DNA of 41,860 nt from a virus. Its lineage: Duplodnaviria > Caudoviricetes. Location of the stretch: positions 1 through 41,860 of IMG/VR virus record IMGVR_UViG_3300038809_000015; one strand, 5' to 3'. The translations under genes were made by a program, and so were the position numbers. Below, piece by piece: positions 36,866 to 41,860 of this stretch. Below the pieces are notes generated by a model that was not told where the DNA came from, did not search any database, and saw only the letters and a list, made by a program, of their open reading frames with translations. Position 1 is the first letter of the stretch. Every line of letters begins with the position of its first letter.

Positions 36866-37687
36866 CTATGCTGCTTTCATTGACTCCATGAACTTGTGAC
36901 CCTTCCGGGTCAGCATGTATTCAGGAATACTGCGGATGTTGTAGATGTAGGTCACATAGCACTGACAGAAAACCTCTTCACCAGGCTGAGTGATTTCATC
37001 GAGATACCCGGCAGGACCGGCTTTCACATACCCGTTTTTTTGCGCCCAGTTCCCGCGGATCAGGTAGTACAACTGATCGCGCTCCTTGTGGTCTTCGCGG
37101 AAGTCATAACCGGGCCTGCGCCAGTGGCTGTGCCAAATCGCCGCAATCGCGTTATTACTCGTTGCGATCACGTTATCAATATTGGCTATCAGCTTGCGAT
37201 TCTGGTCAATCATCACACGGCGCGCTTCATAGTCCACCTTCTCGGCAGCCTTCTGAATATGATCCGCTGTTGCCCGCATCGTCCCTTGAATGCCAGACAG
37301 CGCGATGCTATCGGCAGAAGGTATGCTGCTGGCCCAGCCGCTAAAACGCGACAACGTTGTGTCGATAGCTTTTTTGCGGTTGAGCTGGATAAGGTCGGTG
37401 CTGGACAGGATCCGCCTGTCGAGTTCAGTCCTCAGTTTTGGCTCAAGGTAGTTGAGCGTAAAGCGGGATATGCCCTGGTGGCGCTTCAGCGCGCCAGCGC
37501 GACCAACCTGCAGATCGTACGATTTAGTCAGGTTCCGCGTGACCATCGCCATGTAGTCGTCCGCCGTTTCACTCTCCGCCGCCTGCCGTATGATGCTCTG
37601 CCAGCGCTCCAGCTCTTCGCGAGACGTGTAGCCATTACGAAGAAAGAACCTCACCGCGTCTCTCACGGTTCGCGTGAACGTGTTCAT
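36866..37687 (-). CDS. Head morphogenesis protein (MuF/SPP1 gp7-like)
   Basis: REDHKERD...PGEEVFCQC; after the portal. Confidence 0.78.
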   Translation of the reverse strand: MNTFTRTVRDAVRFFLRNGYTSREELERWQSIIRQAAESETADDYMAMVTRNLTKSYDLQVGRAGALKRHQGISRFTLNYLEPKLRTELDRRILSSTDLIQLNRKKAIDTTLSRFSGWASSIPSADSIALSGIQGTMRATADHIQKAAEKVDYEARRVMIDQNRKLIANIDNVIATSNNAIAAIWHSHWRRPGYDFREDHKERDQLYYLIRGNWAQKNGYVKAGPAGYLDEITQPGEEVFCQCYVTYIYNIRSIPEYMLTRKGHKFMESMKAA

Positions 37688-39105
37688 GGCATCATCCCAC
37701 CACCCGGCTCTTCAGCCTTTGGAGGGTCTGGTGGCGGATTTTCAAGGAGAGAGTCGTAATCGAGGTTAAGCCGTTGAGGGAACAGATTCTCGTTGGCGTT
37801 GGCGTTTTCACACGCCCATTCGATCAGCGTTGCGCGGTTCTCCGGGTCTGCCGTGAGTTGCGGCAACACCACCTCCAGCATGCTGACGATGGCCTTAAAC
37901 CGCGTTTCGTCTACCTTCACCTTCTCGCTCTCCGGCTCCTTGAGGGAGGACGGCCAGCGGTATTCGAAGTTATTTATCCACGTAGAGAAATACAGGCTGT
38001 AGGTGTTTTTCAGCTCAGGGAAATCAGCACGCAGAGACTGGAAGAATTCAATGCTCCACGCCCGGTACTGGCATACGCGAACAAAGAACGCATAAAGCTG
38101 ATCAAGCCATTCGCGGATGTTGTCGATGTAAACGGCAACCGACCGAGCATCTTCTGTACCCTCACCAAACCCCTGAGCAAACGTCTCTGAGTTCAAGATG
38201 ATTGCTGGCATGTCAGCGGCGGCGGCCACGTTCTCCAGAATATGCTTACGGGCAGAGTCGAGCGGTTTTTCCAAATTGCTCAGGTCGATTGATTCGATAT
38301 TGTCACTATCGCCGATCTGCAGGACCTCCCCTGTTTTCCCGCGTTTCAGCATCATGCGCTTAATGCCGCTGAGCTTCTGCATCATGTTGTTGACGACAGA
38401 GCTTGGCCCCTTGATTTTCGTTACCAAGAGTCCGCCCTTCACTGCCACCATGTCGTCTGTGCGCATGGTCTGAATGAAGGATTTCAGCGGGTACAGTGCT
38501 CGCTGATAAACGCTGCGCCCGGAGAAGCCGAACGCTGCAGGATTGTATGCCAGATAAATCGGGTCCTCGTTCTGCACGACGACGCAGCGAGATTTGTGAT
38601 ACGGCTTTCCAGCAACCCGGATGCCATCGACTTTTTGGAAGTCCTGAGCATTCGGATCCTGATTTAAAACAATGCTGCCAGCAGTGTTCAGCGGGTCGAG
38701 GATATTAAAGCTGACGTTGTGCTTGTACAGCGTGCGGTAGTCGAGTGATTCGTTCGGCGCCTGGTTGTCCACCAGCATCGCCACCGCCGACACACCGTAA
38801 ATTCGAGCAATACGGGCAGCGTTGGCAATGTGCTGGTTAGCCCCCATAGCTTTCCATTCGCGCTCAAACGCATCACGTAGGCGCTGCTCAAGGCCATAAG
38901 ACTGAGCAACATGCACGGTGCGCGGCTCGTTCATCGCCATCTTAATGGGGCGATCTACCATCTTGCCGCCCAGCGGGTGGTAGAGGTAAACCGTTTTGCA
39001 GGTCTGATACCCCGCCGTGGAGCCTGGCTGGATATCATCGCTGTCCAGCAATGCCATCAACTCTGATTGAGAGCAGCTGCCGATTTCGAAATCGTCTTCG
39101 TTCAT
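37684..39105 (-). CDS. Portal protein (DUF1073-like)
   Basis: ARIYGVSA, HKSR, VAAAADMP, GFGEGTED; after TerL. Confidence 0.82.
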   Translation of the reverse strand: MNEDDFEIGSCSQSELMALLDSDDIQPGSTAGYQTCKTVYLYHPLGGKMVDRPIKMAMNEPRTVHVAQSYGLEQRLRDAFEREWKAMGANQHIANAARIARIYGVSAVAMLVDNQAPNESLDYRTLYKHNVSFNILDPLNTAGSIVLNQDPNAQDFQKVDGIRVAGKPYHKSRCVVVQNEDPIYLAYNPAAFGFSGRSVYQRALYPLKSFIQTMRTDDMVAVKGGLLVTKIKGPSSVVNNMMQKLSGIKRMMLKRGKTGEVLQIGDSDNIESIDLSNLEKPLDSARKHILENVAAAADMPAIILNSETFAQGFGEGTEDARSVAVYIDNIREWLDQLYAFFVRVCQYRAWSIEFFQSLRADFPELKNTYSLYFSTWINNFEYRWPSSLKEPESEKVKVDETRFKAIVSMLEVVLPQLTADPENRATLIEWACENANANENLFPQRLNLDYDSLLENPPPDPPKAEEPGGGMMP

Positions 39106-39116
39106 TGGTTGTCTCG

Positions 39117-40448
39117 TCAGATTGCATCGCCACTACCGAATGCGATGATCAGCCCGTAGGTATAATCATCGAGCAAGTCATCGGCGCGCTTGTGCGCTTT
39201 CTTATCGGCAAGGTGAAATCGGGAAACCTGCTTATGCAGATGGTTAGCTGTTTCGCCTTTGAAGACGGCCGTCTTCTCGTAGGCGTATCGGGATATTTTT
39301 GCCAGCCCGCGGTAGTGATATCCGGAGGCCATGATGGCGCGTTCATCCTTACCTTTGCTGGTAAGCGCGGATTCAATTTTGTTAACCGGCCATCCCAGGC
39401 TCTCGCCTTTTTGTAGCAGGATGCTGCCCATGCTGGCGTCTTCGATAAACACACCCAAGCTTCCGTTTACGGCCACGCACAGAGTGGTTAACTCGCTCAG
39501 TCGTGCGAATACAGACGGCATCCAGGTTTCCAGCAGGGCGCCATCAATCTGCACCACATCCCAGTCGAGAATGGTCAGGCGCTGACGCCCTGGGCGCGTA
39601 TCAACGGCATAATAAACCACAGCCGTGCCATCGTGCTCAGCGCCACCTTTCACGGCGGTGTCCATTACCGCGAATACGGCCTCGCACATCTCCGGATAAT
39701 CGACAGGTTGATCCTGATTTTCACCTTCGAACCATTTGCGCACATCGAACAGAGAGGCCGCTGACCAATCGACGAATTCGGCCAGAAACTCCTGGCGAAA
39801 AACTCTGGGATCGTTGTTCTCTCGCTCCTTATCCAGTTCTTCCGGCGGAACGAACGGATTGGAGGATGTCGGCGCATGGTGTTCAACAAAGCCCAGGCTT
39901 TTGTTATTACAGATAGCGTAAAAAAAGTTTTCTTCGTCCACGCCGTCCGGTGTTGAAAATATGTAGGCGCGGCCCTTGGTCGTCAGCAACGTTGGTTTTA
40001 TCGACTTAGGCCAGATCTCTTTCAGCATCTCTGGCGACTTAGTAAATGCCGCCTCATCTATTAGGATGATTTCGTACTCACGACCACGCCCGGCCAATTT
40101 GTTGTCATTGGTGACCCAAAAATCTATCTTGCCGCCGTTCTTCAGCAGTAGGCGCTTTTCTTGGCGGCTGAATGACTTCTTCAGCGGGAGAAGCGTTTCT
40201 TCGAGCTTGTCGTAGATTTCCTGATACTGGCGATACTCAGCAGTGAAGATACCTACCCGCCCACCAAGCTCAATGTCCATGCCAGGGCGCTTAAACTGCG
40301 CTGTTGCGTAGGTCACCGCCGCGCTGGTAAGCATGAAGGTTTTACCCCAGCGGCGACCGCATCGGACAGCGTGCAACTGGTCATCCCATGAATCGGACCA
40401 AACCTTTAACTGCCCGTCATGAAGTGTCGGAAGGTAAATGTCAGCCAT
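39117..40448 (-). CDS. terL: Terminase large subunit
   Basis: Start MADIYL; Walker A CGRRWGKT, Walker B ILIDEAA, STP, nuclease MDTA...DDLLD. Confidence 0.93.
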   Translation of the reverse strand: MADIYLPTLHDGQLKVWSDSWDDQLHAVRCGRRWGKTFMLTSAAVTYATAQFKRPGMDIELGGRVGIFTAEYRQYQEIYDKLEETLLPLKKSFSRQEKRLLLKNGGKIDFWVTNDNKLAGRGREYEIILIDEAAFTKSPEMLKEIWPKSIKPTLLTTKGRAYIFSTPDGVDEENFFYAICNNKSLGFVEHHAPTSSNPFVPPEELDKERENNDPRVFRQEFLAEFVDWSAASLFDVRKWFEGENQDQPVDYPEMCEAVFAVMDTAVKGGAEHDGTAVVYYAVDTRPGRQRLTILDWDVVQIDGALLETWMPSVFARLSELTTLCVAVNGSLGVFIEDASMGSILLQKGESLGWPVNKIESALTSKGKDERAIMASGYHYRGLAKISRYAYEKTAVFKGETANHLHKQVSRFHLADKKAHKRADDLLDDYTYGLIIAFGSGDAI

Positions 40449-40449
40449 A

Positions 40450-41196
40450 TCATCTTCCAGGTATCGGCAGCGCGTTATGCACGACAATCGCATTATCGCG
40501 GTCGCCGTCTTTCATAATGTCGATTTCCATTTCCACTTTTTCAGTAGCCGCCGCTCGATACGCCGTATCGACCTGCATTTTAGAAATAGACCCCTTGGTG
40601 CCCTCTATCGATTCAATTCGAACGGTATTACGCATCATGGCCTTGTCCGCCGAGCTGATTTTTTCCAGCAACCCTTTTATCTCGTCGGGTTCGGCATCTT
40701 CCAATTGGGTTTTCCAGCGCCCGATATTTTCCGAGGCGACCAGGTTACTGGCGCGTAGGCGAAAGAGCTCATCGTCGAGCGTCAGCGCCTTGGCATCCTC
40801 TATCACTTCATCGCTCAGCAGCAAACGACGAGCGTAGCCACCATGTTTAAGCGCAACCTGATTGCGGGGCTGGAATGCGTTAATAGGTGGGTCGGTACGC
40901 GCACCACGTATCGGTTTCGTATTTGCCGATGATGGGCCACTCCCTTCCGGGCCATTTTCACCGGAGTCAGGATTGGCAGGAGCTGCCTTGGTACGCACCT
41001 TTGATTTTTGCGTACCGCTTTTGCGTACCTGCGTACCTTTTTGCGTACCGGTTTTTCCACTGCGTACCCAGCCGTATTTCTTGGCGCGCTTTCTGATGGC
41101 CCCTTCACTGATGCCGTATATCTCTGCCAGGTCGCGGAGAGAAAGTTGACCGGCACAGTAATCGCGCTCAAGGCCGCTTTCTTCCGGTTGTGACAT
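40450..41196 (-). CDS. terS: Terminase small subunit
   Basis: HTH SLRDLAEIYGISEGAIRKRAKKYGW; ALKHGGY; upstream of terL. Confidence 0.85.
   Translation of the reverse strand: MSQPEESGLERDYCAGQLSLRDLAEIYGISEGAIRKRAKKYGWVRSGKTGTQKGTQVRKSGTQKSKVRTKAAPANPDSGENGPEGSGPSSANTKPIRGARTDPPINAFQPRNQVALKHGGYARRLLLSDEVIEDAKALTLDDELFRLRASNLVASENIGRWKTQLEDAEPDEIKGLLEKISSADKAMMRNTVRIESIEGTKGSISKMQVDTAYRAAATEKVEMEIDIMKDGDRDNAIVVHNALPIPGR
40990..41068. repeat. TGCGTACC octamer cluster in terS
   Basis: Direct copies at 41009, 41022, 41030, 41042 and 41061; inverted copy at 40990. Confidence 0.85.
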
Positions 41197-41207
41197 AGCG
41201 TGCTCCA

Positions 41208-41309
41208 TAAAAAAAGCCACGGGCAACCAAGATCTGAGTGATCGGTAGGTGTCGCCTGTGGCTTTGCTTGCGCATTATCGATGGCCCTCGCAAAGACCAC
41301 CTGTAATGC
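41208..41309 (-). promoter_or_regulatory. Two stem-loops before terS (terminator/processing-like)
   Basis: gcattatc...taatgc arms at 41271-41309; aaagccacgggc/gcctgtggcttt arms with a minus-strand U tract. Confidence 0.45.
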
Positions 41310-41805
41310 TAATCTTTCAGATATTCTTCGGTGTTGACTACTGATTGCCCTTCCAACAACTCAGCATGAGTGCTGGTGACTATGACAGAGTGATGTGGGT
41401 GCGTATTTTCTGCCAGCCACTTGATTAATGGCCTTGCCACCTCTTCAAAGCTGACCGACGGTTTATCCCGTTGGAAAGTTTCGTGGATACCGCCGCCCGT
41501 GTTGTACCACTGCCAGCATTTCCCGTATTCACGATTCAGGGAGTGGTCACCAAGTAACTCAATTACACCCAGGTCACTTATCGCTGCTTCATGCTCAGGC
41601 TGATAGCCCTCGCCAATGGCGGTCTTTATATATTCGACCATCTCCGCGCGGGGTGGGCTTAAGGATGTAACCAGAACACCAGGGATTTTACCTTTAGAAA
41701 TGGCGTCAAAGAGGCTGCATATATGGTCATGATCTCTGCCGCCGTTAGGGAAATATTCCTGCATCACCCCCACAGCAAGACTTTTGTTCTCTTCCTGCAC
41801 GTTAC
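41309..41805 (-). CDS. Hypothetical 188-aa protein spanning the circular junction (starts at position 70)
   Basis: ATG at 70 gives MNDNKHDHTCVNCFADSGPCLGECN, in frame with VQEENK... Confidence 0.7.
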
Positions 41806-41860
41806 ATTCGCCAAGGCATGGCCCGCTATCAGCAAAACAATTTACACAGGTATGGTCGTG
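41806..41860 (+). repeat. Terminal direct repeat, copy 2
   Basis: Identical to 1-55. Confidence 0.95.

Noticed and set aside
36896-37759. 287-aa plus-strand ORF
   Set aside because: Antisense shadow of the head morphogenesis gene
37684-39105. Anti-CBASS Acb1 domain on the portal
   Set aside because: Protein has portal-only length and no paired HxT/S 2H-phosphoesterase extension was seen
41806-41860. Biological terminal repeat or attL/attR pair
   Set aside because: Exactly 55 bp (a common assembler k-mer), lies inside a gene and far from int; best explained as circular-assembly overlap

Overview
The window is a complete, circularly permuted temperate phage genome of 41,805 bp. Positions 1-55 are repeated exactly at 41806-41860, and one ORF reads in frame across that junction. 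LexA boxes and a boxA element point to an Enterobacterales host. The control region is lambdoid: cI/cro/cII, 3+3 operators, PL/PR/PRM, a replication initiator with iterons, RusA, Q, and a holin/SAR-endolysin/spanin cassette. The left operon (+ strand) carries many accessory genes and ends in xis-int-attP. The late operon encodes a contractile-tailed (myovirus) virion with DUF1073-, DUF2213-, DUF2184- and DUF3383-type proteins. The most notable features are: (1) a CI repressor whose autocleavage machinery looks dead, paired with two LexA-boxed promoters, one driving an 86-aa candidate antirepressor and one pointing antisense into cI; (2) an agn43/gtr-like Dam/OxyR site directly upstream of the promoter of a 43-aa membrane microprotein missing from the ORF track; (3) an intact Nudix hydrolase fused to the prohead protease/scaffold; (4) three long-stem structured RNA elements in the PL leader, with a boxA but no recognisable N gene; (5) a methyltransferase cassette bounded by a 21-bp direct repeat. 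All family calls come from motif reading and gene order, not from database searches.
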